This document shows, in pieces, positions 41,617 to 51,556 of a DNA stretch of 64,000 nt. Location: positions 11,617 to 75,616 of the forward strand of contig JAONQW010000001.1 in NCBI GenBank assembly GCA_028412835.1, given 5' to 3'. A program made the translations under genes and the position numbers. The stretch comes from Candidatus Pelagibacterales bacterium. GTDB lineage: Bacteria > Pseudomonadota > Alphaproteobacteria > Pelagibacterales > AG-422-B15. Every line of letters starts with the position of its first letter. Position 1 is the first letter of the stretch. The notes under the pieces were generated by a model. The model ran no database searches. It worked only from the letters and a program-made list of their open reading frames with translations, and was not told where the DNA came from.

Positions 41617-42321
41617 ATGGAAATATTTCAACTGTTTAGCTATATGCATATCATAACAATATTTGTTGTTGTGGTTTCATCATTTTTAATTCCAATAGCC
41701 TGCAAGTTTTTTTTTAGTTCACGTATAAATATTAATATTTCATATATCATTGGTACTATTTTAATTACTCATGAACTTATAAAACCTTTTTATAGATATC
41801 ATTTTTACAACGATCCTTTTGTTGAAATTATTCCAATTCATATGTGTCACTTGGCATCATTATCTATGGGCTTATTTTTTTTTACAAAAAAGGATATTTT
41901 TTTTGAAATAGGCTACTTTTGGGGAATGACTGGCAATGTTATGGCAATTCTAACTCCAGATTTAGATTTCTTTTTTAATTGGCAGTACTTCACATACTAC
42001 TTCGGTCACAGCATGCTTCTTTTATCAATAATATTCACCTTAGCTTGCCTTACTCATAATATAAATTTTAAATCTGTAATCAGAGTTATATTAATTACAC
42101 TTGCATTTTTACCTCCAATTTATTTGTTAAATTTTATTTTAGGGGAGCAGGCAAATTATTGGTATTTAAATACAATACCTAAAGCGACATCTATACTTTC
42201 ATTTTTACCAAATCCACCATTGAACATTATCTTCTTGGTTCCAATAGGTTTAATCTTAATGATGTGTGTCTACATGCCCTATAGATATTTCGCATCTTAT
42301 AAGAGAAATATTGGAGCCTAG
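41617..42321 (+). CDS. integral membrane protein (possibly TIGR02206/YwaF-like)
   Basis: 234 aa from ATG 41617; the track's TTG at 41560 is less likely. Multi-TM with an IPIHMCHL motif. The family call is tentative. Confidence 0.55.
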   Translation: MEIFQLFSYMHIITIFVVVVSSFLIPIACKFFFSSRININISYIIGTILITHELIKPFYRYHFYNDPFVEIIPIHMCHLASLSMGLFFFTKKDIFFEIGYFWGMTGNVMAILTPDLDFFFNWQYFTYYFGHSMLLLSIIFTLACLTHNINFKSVIRVILITLAFLPPIYLLNFILGEQANYWYLNTIPKATSILSFLPNPPLNIIFLVPIGLILMMCVYMPYRYFASYKRNIGA

Positions 42322-42387
42322 TAAGATCTAATAATATTCTGAATATAAAAGTTGATAGCTTTAATTTTTATTAATAACATTCTATTT

Positions 42388-43347
42388 GTGAATGACAAAA
42401 AAGAACCTATACAGCCAGTAAGTGGTAAACTTGTACCAAGGTATGCTGGGCCATCTACATTTGCTAGAATACCAGAGTTAAGAGATGTTGATAGCTGTGA
42501 TGTTGCAATTATTGGTGTTCCTTTTGATGCCGGAACAAGCTATAGGCCAGGTGCAAGATTTGGTCCCCAAGCAGTACGTCAAGCTTCAAGACAGTTAAGA
42601 ACAAACTATCACCCAAATTACGATGTAGAACCATTTAAAGTTCAACAAGTTGCAGATGCTGGTGATATAACTTGTAATCCCTTTAATATAGATGAAGCTA
42701 TTAAACAAATAGAAGATGGTGCAACTGACCTTCTAAATAAAGTTGGAAGCATTATAACAATAGGTGGTGATCATACTATCGCTCTTCCATTGTTAAGAGC
42801 AGTAAACAAAAAGTGTGGGCAACCTGTGGCACTTGTTCATTTTGATGCCCATCTTGATACTTGGGATACTTACTTTGGAGCACCTTATACCCATGGAACA
42901 CCATTTAGAAGAGCAAGAGAAGAAGGTTTATTTTTAGATGATGCATCTATGCATGTCGGTATCCGTGGACCGCTTTATAGTCGAGATGATTTAAAAGAAG
43001 ATGAAGATCTTGGCTTTAAGATTATTCATTGTGATGATTTTCAAACACAAAGCATTAACCAAATTGTAAAAAGAATTCGTGATCGTGTAGGTGACAATCC
43101 ACTATATTTATCTATTGATATAGATGTTTTGGATCCTGCGCATGCACCAGGCACAGGAACACCTGAAATCGCAGGTATGACCAGCAGAGAAATGCTTAAT
43201 GTTTTAAGAGGATTGTCTGGAATGAACTTAGTGTCAGCCGATGTTGTTGAGGTGGCACCAGCCTATGATCACGCTGAATTAACCTCAACTGCAGCTGCAA
43301 CCATTGTTTATGAGTTAATAAATATCTTAGCCAATCGAAATAAATAA
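42388..43347 (+). CDS. speB: agmatinase / guanidino-acid hydrolase (ureohydrolase family)
   Basis: Mn-ligand motifs GGDHTI, HFDAHLD and SIDIDVLDP. The start is uncertain: GTG 42388 gives 319 aa, and TTG 42352 would add a hydrophobic 12-aa extension. Confidence 0.85.
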   Translation: MNDKKEPIQPVSGKLVPRYAGPSTFARIPELRDVDSCDVAIIGVPFDAGTSYRPGARFGPQAVRQASRQLRTNYHPNYDVEPFKVQQVADAGDITCNPFNIDEAIKQIEDGATDLLNKVGSIITIGGDHTIALPLLRAVNKKCGQPVALVHFDAHLDTWDTYFGAPYTHGTPFRRAREEGLFLDDASMHVGIRGPLYSRDDLKEDEDLGFKIIHCDDFQTQSINQIVKRIRDRVGDNPLYLSIDIDVLDPAHAPGTGTPEIAGMTSREMLNVLRGLSGMNLVSADVVEVAPAYDHAELTSTAAATIVYELINILANRNK

Positions 43348-43427
43348 TTTTTTAGCCTTTTCATTCATCGTAATTTAAAATAATAATAATAATCATTCTA
43401 AAGTAGAATGAATATGTATTTTTAATT

Positions 43428-44591
43428 ATGAATGAACTAATAGCCTCAATTATTGATCGAAAAACCATTATTTTTGCTAATGAGGGTAGATTGTTAAAAA
43501 AATGTTTTTTGGCGTTAATTATTCTAACTCTAGCGTTTCAACAAGGAACTTTAGGTGAAGTTGTTAGAGCATCTATGGTTGATGCCTATATACAAGTTTC
43601 AGTCTTTGTTGGGTTCACATTGTTTTTATTTATTGGTTTAGATTCATTTACTAAATTTGATATCGATAATTTTTTAGAAAACTCAAAAAAATTTCATGTA
43701 CCATTAGCATCTTTTTTAGGAGCCTTACCAGGTTGTGGTGGTGCCATCATAGTTGTCACACAATACATTCAAGGCAGAATAAGCTTTGGATCATTGGTAG
43801 CAGTACTTACTGCCACAATGGGAGATGCAGCATTTTTACTTTTAGCATCTGAGCCTTCAACTGGTCTTTTTATATTTGCCTTAGGCGGTACAGTTGGGAT
43901 TATTACTGGTTATATTGTTGATTTAATTCATTCAACCGATTATTTGCAAAGTGAATCTAAAATTAATATTGAGTTTGAAAAAATAGAAAAAACTTTAGTT
44001 TCTAGATTTAATTTATTTTGGTGCTTAATTTTTATTCCAGGTTTTATAATTTGCATGTTTGTAGCTTTTCAAATTGATGTTGATAAAATATTAAATTTAC
44101 CTAAAGAACTAAGTTTTGTTACTATAGTTGGATCTATAGGTGCATTTTTGTCAATTTTTATGTGGGCATTAAACCCTCTTAGTGATTTTCAATGTTCGAC
44201 AGATCGTTCTCGTAATTATGTGTCTAGAGTTGTCGATACGACAAATTTTGTATCTACTTGGGTTATTTGTGGTTTCTTGGTATTTGAAGTTTTTATGTTT
44301 TTCACATCAATTGATTTAAAGATTTTATTTGGTGCATGGTTGCCTTTTGTTCCTTTAATTGCAATACTATTAGGGTTCTTACCTGGATGTGGACCTCAAA
44401 TTATTGTTACAACGTTTTATTTAAATGGATATATACCTCTATCTGCAGAAATGGGTAATGCAATCGCTAATGACGGCGATGCATTGTTTCCAGCAATTGC
44501 TCTAGCTCCAAAAGCTGCCATAATTGCTACTTTATATAGTGGAATACCAGCTATTGTAGTTGCGTATGGATATATGTATTTATTTGAATAA
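43428..44591 (+). CDS. polytopic permease with duplicated LPGCG motif (ArsP_2 / putative metal transporter-like)
   Basis: 387 aa, about 10 TM. Two repeats carry LPGCGGAIIVVTQY and LPGCGPQIIVTTFY. The family assignment is from memory. Confidence 0.5.
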   Translation: MNELIASIIDRKTIIFANEGRLLKKCFLALIILTLAFQQGTLGEVVRASMVDAYIQVSVFVGFTLFLFIGLDSFTKFDIDNFLENSKKFHVPLASFLGALPGCGGAIIVVTQYIQGRISFGSLVAVLTATMGDAAFLLLASEPSTGLFIFALGGTVGIITGYIVDLIHSTDYLQSESKINIEFEKIEKTLVSRFNLFWCLIFIPGFIICMFVAFQIDVDKILNLPKELSFVTIVGSIGAFLSIFMWALNPLSDFQCSTDRSRNYVSRVVDTTNFVSTWVICGFLVFEVFMFFTSIDLKILFGAWLPFVPLIAILLGFLPGCGPQIIVTTFYLNGYIPLSAEMGNAIANDGDALFPAIALAPKAAIIATLYSGIPAIVVAYGYMYLFE

Positions 44592-44672
44592 AAATCCTAT
44601 TTTTCATAAAAAATAGTTTCCTTTATTACGTGAAGCGGATAGAAGAGGCTCACATAAAACAATTTTCACAAA

Positions 44673-46490
44673 ATGACTGTCGAACTTAGAAATATTGCAA
44701 TTATTGCACACGTTGACCACGGAAAAACAACTCTAATTGATTCAATTATGAAACAAACTGGTATGTTTCGTGACAATCAACAGGTTGATGAAAGATTAAT
44801 GGACTCTGGCGATCTTGAGAAAGAGCGGGGCATCACAATTCTTGCAAAGCCAACATCAATTATGTGGAAGGATGTACGTATTAATATAATCGATACACCT
44901 GGTCATGCTGATTTTGGCGGTGAAGTTGAGCGTGTTTTACAAATGGCTGATGGTGTTATTTTATTAACTGATGCTGCTGAAGGTCCAATGCCACAAACTA
45001 AGTTTGTTTTAGGTAAAGCATTGGCACTTGGTTTAAAGCCGATTGTAATTATTAATAAAATAGATAGACCTGATGGAAGACCAACAGAAGTAGTAGATGA
45101 AGTTTTTGATCTATTTGTAGCGTTGGACGCAAATGATGAGCAATTAGATTTTCCAATACTATATGCGGCTGGAAGAGATGGCTGGTGTGTAAAAGAATTA
45201 GAGGATGAAAGAGTTAATCTTCATCCATTACTTGATGTTGTCTTGGGTCATGTACAACAACCACAAGTAGAACATGATAAGCCATTTGCAATGCTGGCTA
45301 CTTTATTAGATTCTGATCCATATTTAGGTAGATGTTTAATTGGACGTGTAGCACAAGGTAGTGCAAAGGTGAATGACTCAGTAAAGGCAATAGGTTTAGA
45401 TGGAAAAAGCATTGAAACTGGTCGTCTAACAAAATTACTTACCTTTAAGGGAACAGAGCGCGTCATTGTTGATGAAGTGCAGGCTGGAGATATTATTTGT
45501 ATTGCTGGCTTAACTAAAACTTCTGTCGCAGATACTATTTGTGAGCCATCTGTTACTGAACCACTTGCCTCAACACCAATTGATCCACCTACCATGTCAG
45601 TAACTATTACGGTAAATGACTCCCCATTTGGTGGTCGTGAAGGTAAAAAAGTCACTTCAACTGTTATTCGAGAAAGACTATTAGCTGAGGCAGAAACAAA
45701 TGTTGCAATTACATTTTCAGAAAATGATCAAAAAGATGCATTTGAAATCGGTGGTCGAGGTGAACTACAAATTGGTGTTTTAATTGAAACCATGAGACGT
45801 GAAGGCTTTGAGTTAATTGTATCAAGACCAAGAGTTCTATATAAAACAGATGAAAGTGGAAGTCGACTTGAGCCAATTGAAGAAGTTATCATTGATGTTG
45901 ATGAAGAGTATGTTAGTGCGGTTGTTGATGGGATGAACCAAAGAAAAGGCTCTATGTTGGATATGAGAGCTGCTGGTGCTGGTAAAACAAGAATAATATT
46001 TCATGCGCCCTCTAGAGGTCTTATTGGATATCAAAACAGATTTTTAACAGAAACTCGTGGTACTGGTGTTATGAATAGGTTGTTCCATAGTTATGATTCT
46101 TATAAAGGTGATGTTTCTGGAAGAAAGAGTGGGGCACTTATATCGACTGATACTGGAACTGCTGTTGCTTACGCTATATTTAATCTTCAAGATCGTGGCA
46201 CAATGTTTATTTCACATCAAACACCAGTTTATCAAGGTATGATTGTTGGTGAACATACACGGGATAATGATTTAGAAATTAATGTATTAAAAGGTAAGCA
46301 ATTAACTAATGTCCGGGCCTCAGGAACAGATGAAGCTGTTAAGTTAGTTACACCCAGAGTGATGTCATTAGAGCAAATGATGGCATATATTAATGAAGAT
46401 GAATTACTTGAAGTTACTCCTCAAAGTTTAAGATTAAGAAAAAAATTTCTTGATCCAATTGAACGGAAAAGACACCGTAAATCTATTTAA
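44673..46490 (+). CDS. typA: translational GTPase TypA/BipA
   Basis: 605 aa with AHVDHGKTT, DTPGHADF, NKID and a BipA-specific C-terminal domain. Confidence 0.96.
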   Translation: MTVELRNIAIIAHVDHGKTTLIDSIMKQTGMFRDNQQVDERLMDSGDLEKERGITILAKPTSIMWKDVRINIIDTPGHADFGGEVERVLQMADGVILLTDAAEGPMPQTKFVLGKALALGLKPIVIINKIDRPDGRPTEVVDEVFDLFVALDANDEQLDFPILYAAGRDGWCVKELEDERVNLHPLLDVVLGHVQQPQVEHDKPFAMLATLLDSDPYLGRCLIGRVAQGSAKVNDSVKAIGLDGKSIETGRLTKLLTFKGTERVIVDEVQAGDIICIAGLTKTSVADTICEPSVTEPLASTPIDPPTMSVTITVNDSPFGGREGKKVTSTVIRERLLAEAETNVAITFSENDQKDAFEIGGRGELQIGVLIETMRREGFELIVSRPRVLYKTDESGSRLEPIEEVIIDVDEEYVSAVVDGMNQRKGSMLDMRAAGAGKTRIIFHAPSRGLIGYQNRFLTETRGTGVMNRLFHSYDSYKGDVSGRKSGALISTDTGTAVAYAIFNLQDRGTMFISHQTPVYQGMIVGEHTRDNDLEINVLKGKQLTNVRASGTDEAVKLVTPRVMSLEQMMAYINEDELLEVTPQSLRLRKKFLDPIERKRHRKSI

Positions 46491-46497
46491 TTTATAA

Positions 46498-47256
46498 ATG
46501 GAACTTATATTTTCACTAGAAACATTCATTTTTTTATTTTTTGTTGCAATTACAGCTGGCATTGTCGACACATTAGCTGGCGTTGGTGGATTAATAGTAT
46601 TACCAGCACTTGTATTAATCGGATTACCTCCTTTAACTGCCTTAGGAACTAACAAAGCCCAATCATTTGCTGGGACTGGAACAGCATCTTACATGATGCT
46701 GGTGTATAAGAAGATATCAGTAAAACAAATGAAACCATTAATGCTTACAGCTTTTGTAGGTTCATTAATTGGTACAGTACTTATTCAATTTATTGACAAT
46801 AAGTCACTTTCTATAGTTATACCCGTAGTATTGATGATTATTATATTATATTTTATTTTTTCACCTCGGATGAATGAGGTGTCAAGCAAAGCAAGAATAT
46901 CTGATAACCTATACAAATATACGCTGGCACCCATAATAGGGCTTTACGATGGAATGTTTGGTCCTGGAACTGGATCTTTCTTTACAGTTAGTGGCGTGGC
47001 ATTAAGAGGTAAAAGTTTAATAGATGCAACTGCAAATGCTAAAGCGCTTAATTTTGCAACTAATGTTGGTTCATTATTTATCTTTTTATATTTAGGTGAG
47101 GTTATATTTCCAATAGCTTTAGTAATGATAGCTGGACAGTTTATTGGTGCTCGTATTGGTTCAAACTTTTTAATTAATATTAATCCAACATTTTTAAAAT
47201 ATTTTGTTATTTTGTTGTGTGTCTTGATGCTTGCTCGATATCTTAATTTAATCTAA
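46498..47256 (+). CDS. TauE/SafE (TSUP) family anion exporter
   Basis: 252 aa, about 8 TM, with GxGGG-type motifs (LAGVGGLIVLP, GPGTGSF). Confidence 0.7.
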   Translation: MELIFSLETFIFLFFVAITAGIVDTLAGVGGLIVLPALVLIGLPPLTALGTNKAQSFAGTGTASYMMLVYKKISVKQMKPLMLTAFVGSLIGTVLIQFIDNKSLSIVIPVVLMIIILYFIFSPRMNEVSSKARISDNLYKYTLAPIIGLYDGMFGPGTGSFFTVSGVALRGKSLIDATANAKALNFATNVGSLFIFLYLGEVIFPIALVMIAGQFIGARIGSNFLININPTFLKYFVILLCVLMLARYLNLI

Positions 47257-47770
47257 ATCCACAAACAAAATTTTCTTGTGCTACAGTTTCAATAGAACCT
47301 GGTCGATTATCTCTTATAACTTCTATTGATTGCTGTGCAGACAAACCTAATTTAGTTAATATTAAAGCTGCTATCATTCCAGTTCTACCAAGACCAGCCA
47401 TACAATGAATATAGATATTCTCCCCATTAAAAATTCTTTGACTGATAGTTTTTATGTGAGAATTTAATTCATCGTATTGATTTAAATTAGGTATACCAAA
47501 ATTGATTATTTCAAAATGAATCCACTTAATATTGTTTTTATTTAATTCTTTAAATAAATTTTTGGCTCCCAGATGGGTAAGCTCATTTTCTTCTACTAAG
47601 CAGATTAAACACTTAATATTTAAATCTTTTATGATTTGAATATCACCCAGTAGATCTTTACCCATCCCAGGACAGCTAGAAAGAAATAAGTCACCAAACA
47701 CTTGAGCATTTGATGACTTGTTATTACGATTTATTAGGTGGTTAGTTCTAATGCAAGAGTAATTAAGCAA
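47243..47770 (-). CDS. dual-specificity protein phosphatase, CDKN3/KAP-like
   Basis: 175 aa with a CX5R P-loop (HCMAGLGRTG) and an upstream LSSCPG. Collinear with human KAP as remembered. Uses a TTG start 7 nt after the upstream gene's stop. Confidence 0.75.
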   Translation of the reverse strand: MLNYSCIRTNHLINRNNKSSNAQVFGDLFLSSCPGMGKDLLGDIQIIKDLNIKCLICLVEENELTHLGAKNLFKELNKNNIKWIHFEIINFGIPNLNQYDELNSHIKTISQRIFNGENIYIHCMAGLGRTGMIAALILTKLGLSAQQSIEVIRDNRPGSIETVAQENFVCGFRLN

Positions 47771-47777
47771 AGCTAAG

Positions 47778-48767
47778 TTATAGTCTCAACCATGCTAGAG
47801 ATATGTTTATATCCTCATATCCACCAGGTATGATTACATAGTGTATTGCAAGAACTATAGCGACTGAGACTGTAAGTCCCATAATCATTTTTAAAAAGTC
47901 CTTACCAATAATTGGAAAAACATAGCCAAGTTTATAATCACTTACAACCGTTGCTATTGCCAGTTCTCTACCACAAAGTAATCCAACAAAAACCCACGTG
48001 GTAGACATAGGAATATCATTGTAATATTTAAAATAGAGTAAAATAAAAGCATAAACTCCGTCAATAATAGTTGCCGAACGAATAAATCGTGTTCCACGTT
48101 TTTCAAGTACTATACTTTGAATACGGCCACCTTTTTCATAAAAAATGTAAAAAAGTAAAAATGTTAATAGACCCATAATGCCAAGCAACATAACAAAAGG
48201 TAAATCCCTAGGAAGAAACACGGCTATATTTGCCATATCATGAGAGAGCCATGTGTACCATAGGAAGCCAGTGGTTAACCATTGAAAGACACGCCATCTT
48301 TCTGGGTTTTTAACTACATCAAATTTCTCATTAATATATCTAGAAAGAACAATCCATAATGTATATGCAATGACAGCAGCCAATGCATAACCAATAACAG
48401 ATTTAATTAGTACTTTTTCTAAAACAACTGTGGAGGCAAATGCAGATAAAACTAGGAATGTAGTAGAAACTGGAATTCCAAATCTTGTAAGTAATAGTAG
48501 AAAACCAGGTGCAGCAGCATGATACCATTTAATTTCTTGGAAAGGTATCTTGTTTAATCTTCCATAAGAAATATCACCGTGAAAATACCAGCCATTAAGT
48601 AAGGTAAGACATAATACTGCTGACGCTGCTCCAGCTAATACATACCATTTAAAATTTTCTGAATTTGAAGCTATGAATGTTCCCAGTGTTTGAACACTAT
48701 CATTTGCGACAACAGAATATGCTGCAAGTGTAAAACCTATGACCATATAAATATAAGTAATTTCCAT
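47778..48767 (-). CDS. divergent PiT/PHO4-superfamily-like membrane protein
   Basis: 329 aa from ATG 48767; the track's TTG at 48932 adds 55 non-membrane residues. Motifs are VANDSVQTLGT, GIPVSTTF, HDMANIAVF and IPMSTTW, compared with canonical GANDVANA and PVSTTH. Confidence 0.6.
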   Translation of the reverse strand: MEITYIYMVIGFTLAAYSVVANDSVQTLGTFIASNSENFKWYVLAGAASAVLCLTLLNGWYFHGDISYGRLNKIPFQEIKWYHAAAPGFLLLLTRFGIPVSTTFLVLSAFASTVVLEKVLIKSVIGYALAAVIAYTLWIVLSRYINEKFDVVKNPERWRVFQWLTTGFLWYTWLSHDMANIAVFLPRDLPFVMLLGIMGLLTFLLFYIFYEKGGRIQSIVLEKRGTRFIRSATIIDGVYAFILLYFKYYNDIPMSTTWVFVGLLCGRELAIATVVSDYKLGYVFPIIGKDFLKMIMGLTVSVAIVLAIHYVIIPGGYEDINISLAWLRL

Positions 48768-49028
48768 TATAATTTGTTTCCCTTCAAAGATGGATTTATT
48801 AGATATAAATAAAGATTTTTTAGTATTTGAAAATGCACAATAGATAATATCACCTTTATAGGTTGGTAAGAAAAGATGTAAGTCGATTTTTTCATTACGA
48901 ATCGTATCTGTTGAACAATTCGATTGATACAATGATTCACATTCTAATCAACAGTAAATATTTATTAATTTAATATATATATGGATAAGATTTATTGTGA
49001 TGTTAATAAGCATCTTTACTAGAAATTC

Positions 49029-49862
49029 TTAAGAATACATTTGAAGCGTGGCAATACCCATAAACAAAATAAATGCAGCTAGAAGTCGCTTTTTCACACC
49101 ATTTTCTTTAAAAAAATACAGACCTATTAATGAGGCAAAAATTATACTGCTTTCTCTTACCGATGCTACGTAATGGGTTGGAGCTTGAGTGTAAGCCCAT
49201 AGAACTAGCGTATACGAGGTTATAGAAATAATAGCTGTAATTGAAAATCTAACCCTATTTTTATTAAGAGTATTTATTAAATTATCTTTATTAAATGTTA
49301 AATTATAGGCAAGTAAAGGTATTGAGCTAAATATAAAAATCCAAACAATATATTGATAAGGGTTGTTTGCATGCTGTATGCCTTCAGCATCTACTATCGT
49401 ATAAAAAGTAATAGCCAGTGGAAAATACAGCATTGACAGTATATTTTTAAAACCAATTTCAGATATTTTTTTTGGCAATAACAATAAAATTGCACTTACA
49501 ATTAACAATATCCCAATAAACTCAAACATATCAACTTCCGCATTAAAAAATATTATCAAGATAAGTACTGTTATGAGTGGAGCCAGGCCTCTAGCAAAAG
49601 GGTAGGCTATAGAAAAATCATAGAGTGAATATGCTCGTGTCATGGCGTGTAGATATAGCGTGTGTGCTATTACACTAATCAATAAATAAATCCATATTTC
49701 TGACGACGGCAAGCCTACTACAAATGTCAACGGCAGAACCAATAAAGCCATAGTCGATGAAATGATAGTTACTGTAACAAGACCATTGTTCTGATCTTTA
49801 ACAAAGGCATTCCAGGAAGCATGCAATATAGCTGCAATAATAAGGATTACTAAAACGCTCAT
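49029..49862 (-). CDS. DMT/EamA-like 10-TM transporter
   Basis: 277 aa, about 10 TM with two similar halves. No other recognisable motif. Confidence 0.55.
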   Translation of the reverse strand: MSVLVILIIAAILHASWNAFVKDQNNGLVTVTIISSTMALLVLPLTFVVGLPSSEIWIYLLISVIAHTLYLHAMTRAYSLYDFSIAYPFARGLAPLITVLILIIFFNAEVDMFEFIGILLIVSAILLLLPKKISEIGFKNILSMLYFPLAITFYTIVDAEGIQHANNPYQYIVWIFIFSSIPLLAYNLTFNKDNLINTLNKNRVRFSITAIISITSYTLVLWAYTQAPTHYVASVRESSIIFASLIGLYFFKENGVKKRLLAAFILFMGIATLQMYS

Positions 49863-49865
49863 GCT

Positions 49866-50486
49866 TTAGGGAGCGATCCATTGCTTATCTATATTAGTTT
49901 TGCTAATCGTAAACTTAGCTCTTCGGTGACCATTTTGGTGCAAATAAAGCCATTCGATAGCTTTTATGTTTATATTTACATGTGTGAAATTCTGATAACC
50001 TGACTCTAGTTCTTCAGGAGAGGGAAGTATATCTTCGTATTGTTCTGGATAGCCAGATGTTGGCGTACTTGACTCAGTTCCAGGGGCATTTTTTACAAGG
50101 TAACATTTTTTGCTAAAATCTCTTATATTTGACCAGATTGCTTTTGTATTAGCATTTTTATGGTTAATTTCTGCAATTCCATTGATTTTTAACTGTATTT
50201 TACTAGCATGATCATAAAGTAAAACTGTTACATTAGATTTATATTTTATCTCATTGATTTTATGAGATCTTATATCTGTATGAAAACCTATAGTTAGTTG
50301 ATCCTTGTCAACATGTCTTAAAACAACAGTTCGAACTGAGGGAAATTCATTGCCAGTTGATGCCACGTAGCATTGATGAAATTCAGAGTTACGATCTTTT
50401 TTACCAATCTTGAGTCGAGACCATATTTCATCATATATTTTGTCAATATCGTTATAATGATCGGGAAGGTTGCTACTTTCTACCAT
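49866..50486 (-). CDS. pyridoxamine 5'-phosphate oxidase-like FMN-binding protein
   Basis: 206 aa with a split-barrel pattern (PSVRTVVLRHVD). Overlaps the upstream SDR gene by 7 nt. Confidence 0.6.
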   Translation of the reverse strand: MVESSNLPDHYNDIDKIYDEIWSRLKIGKKDRNSEFHQCYVASTGNEFPSVRTVVLRHVDKDQLTIGFHTDIRSHKINEIKYKSNVTVLLYDHASKIQLKINGIAEINHKNANTKAIWSNIRDFSKKCYLVKNAPGTESSTPTSGYPEQYEDILPSPEELESGYQNFTHVNINIKAIEWLYLHQNGHRRAKFTISKTNIDKQWIAP

Positions 50487-51160
50487 TCGAGCTTTTTCCC
50501 GTCATAATTAACAAAAGATCCTGTTTTTGAAATATCGAATGAATCTATTACATGAAGCATACTAGTAACACTTTCACTAATTTCTAGTTTTGCTTTAGAT
50601 CCACCCATGTCGGTTTTCACCCATCCAGGGTGAAGCATTAAGACTGCAATATTGTTTGCTTTCCAATCAATAGACAAGCTTTTAGCTGCAGAATTAAGAG
50701 CTGATTTACTAGTTCTGTAAAAATAATATCCACCTGAATAATTGTCATCAATACTTCCCATTTGACTAGAAATAAAGATAACTTTTTTGTCAACTCCATT
50801 CATTAAATTTTCTTTTAATTTTTGGGTTAAAGTTATTGGTCCAATGGCATTAATCATTATTTCATCAAGCCACAACTCAGGATCTAAATTTGTTTCTTCC
50901 ATTTGTTCATCTTGAAATGTGCCAGCATTATTTAATATAAGATCAAAAGGAATATCTTTAACTTCAGCACAGAACAACTTAATGCTATTTTTATCTAATA
51001 AATCTAATTCTAGTATTTCGATATTTTTAATCTTTTTTAACTCATCGCAGTTACTTATATCTCTAGCAGTCGCGTAGACTGTATTGACGATATCAGCAAA
51101 AGACTGGGCAAACATAAGTCCAATTCCACGGTTAGCACCAGTTATCAAAATATTTTTCAT
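50480..51160 (-). CDS. short-chain dehydrogenase/reductase (CsgA/C-factor-like)
   Basis: 226 aa with ITGANRGIG and YRTSK catalytic motifs. Confidence 0.85.
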   Translation of the reverse strand: MKNILITGANRGIGLMFAQSFADIVNTVYATARDISNCDELKKIKNIEILELDLLDKNSIKLFCAEVKDIPFDLILNNAGTFQDEQMEETNLDPELWLDEIMINAIGPITLTQKLKENLMNGVDKKVIFISSQMGSIDDNYSGGYYFYRTSKSALNSAAKSLSIDWKANNIAVLMLHPGWVKTDMGGSKAKLEISESVTSMLHVIDSFDISKTGSFVNYDGKKLEW

Positions 51161-51196
51161 GTTGTTAATATACTTGAATTATATAAAAGTTATACG

Positions 51197-51556
51197 ATGA
51201 ATATTATGACGTATCTTAAAAAAGCTATTTTTTATGCGTACATGGCTTACGTAATATTTATGTATACTAGGCCTGTTTCCATTGACAGATATTTAGAGAA
51301 AACCAGTGAGCTGGATTTAGATAAAATCTTTCATTTTTTAACCTTTTTATTACTTGGAATACTTGCACAAATTACTAATAATAGAACAAACGATAATATT
51401 TATGCTGTTACCCTTGCTTTAATCGTAAGTCTTTTTATTGAATTCACTCATTTTGTGATACCGTATAGAGATTTTGAAGTTTTAGACGGCTTGTTTAACA
51501 TAATTGGATGTGTTGTTGGAATTGCTATTGTTAATTATTATAGAAAAAAAATATGA
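51197..51556 (+). CDS. VanZ-like membrane protein
   Basis: 119 aa with 4 TM. The DKIFHFLTF and EFTHFVIPYR motifs are typical of the VanZ family. Confidence 0.65.
   Translation: MNIMTYLKKAIFYAYMAYVIFMYTRPVSIDRYLEKTSELDLDKIFHFLTFLLLGILAQITNNRTNDNIYAVTLALIVSLFIEFTHFVIPYRDFEVLDGLFNIIGCVVGIAIVNYYRKKI

Noticed and set aside
45248-45655. 135-aa minus-strand ORF inside typA, plus similar ORFs at 1332-1700, 18567-18899, 55914-56309, 4529-4843 and 7258-7572
   Set aside because: All are antisense to well-supported conserved genes. None has a recognisable motif or a plausible start context, so I treat them as shadow ORFs.
48768-48932. 55-aa N-terminal extension of the PiT-like protein from a TTG start (as in the ORF track)
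   Set aside because: The composition looks like translated AT-rich spacer. The first TM helix begins right at ATG 48767, which has a GAAGGGAAA purine tract upstream. The ambiguity is recorded as a separate finding.
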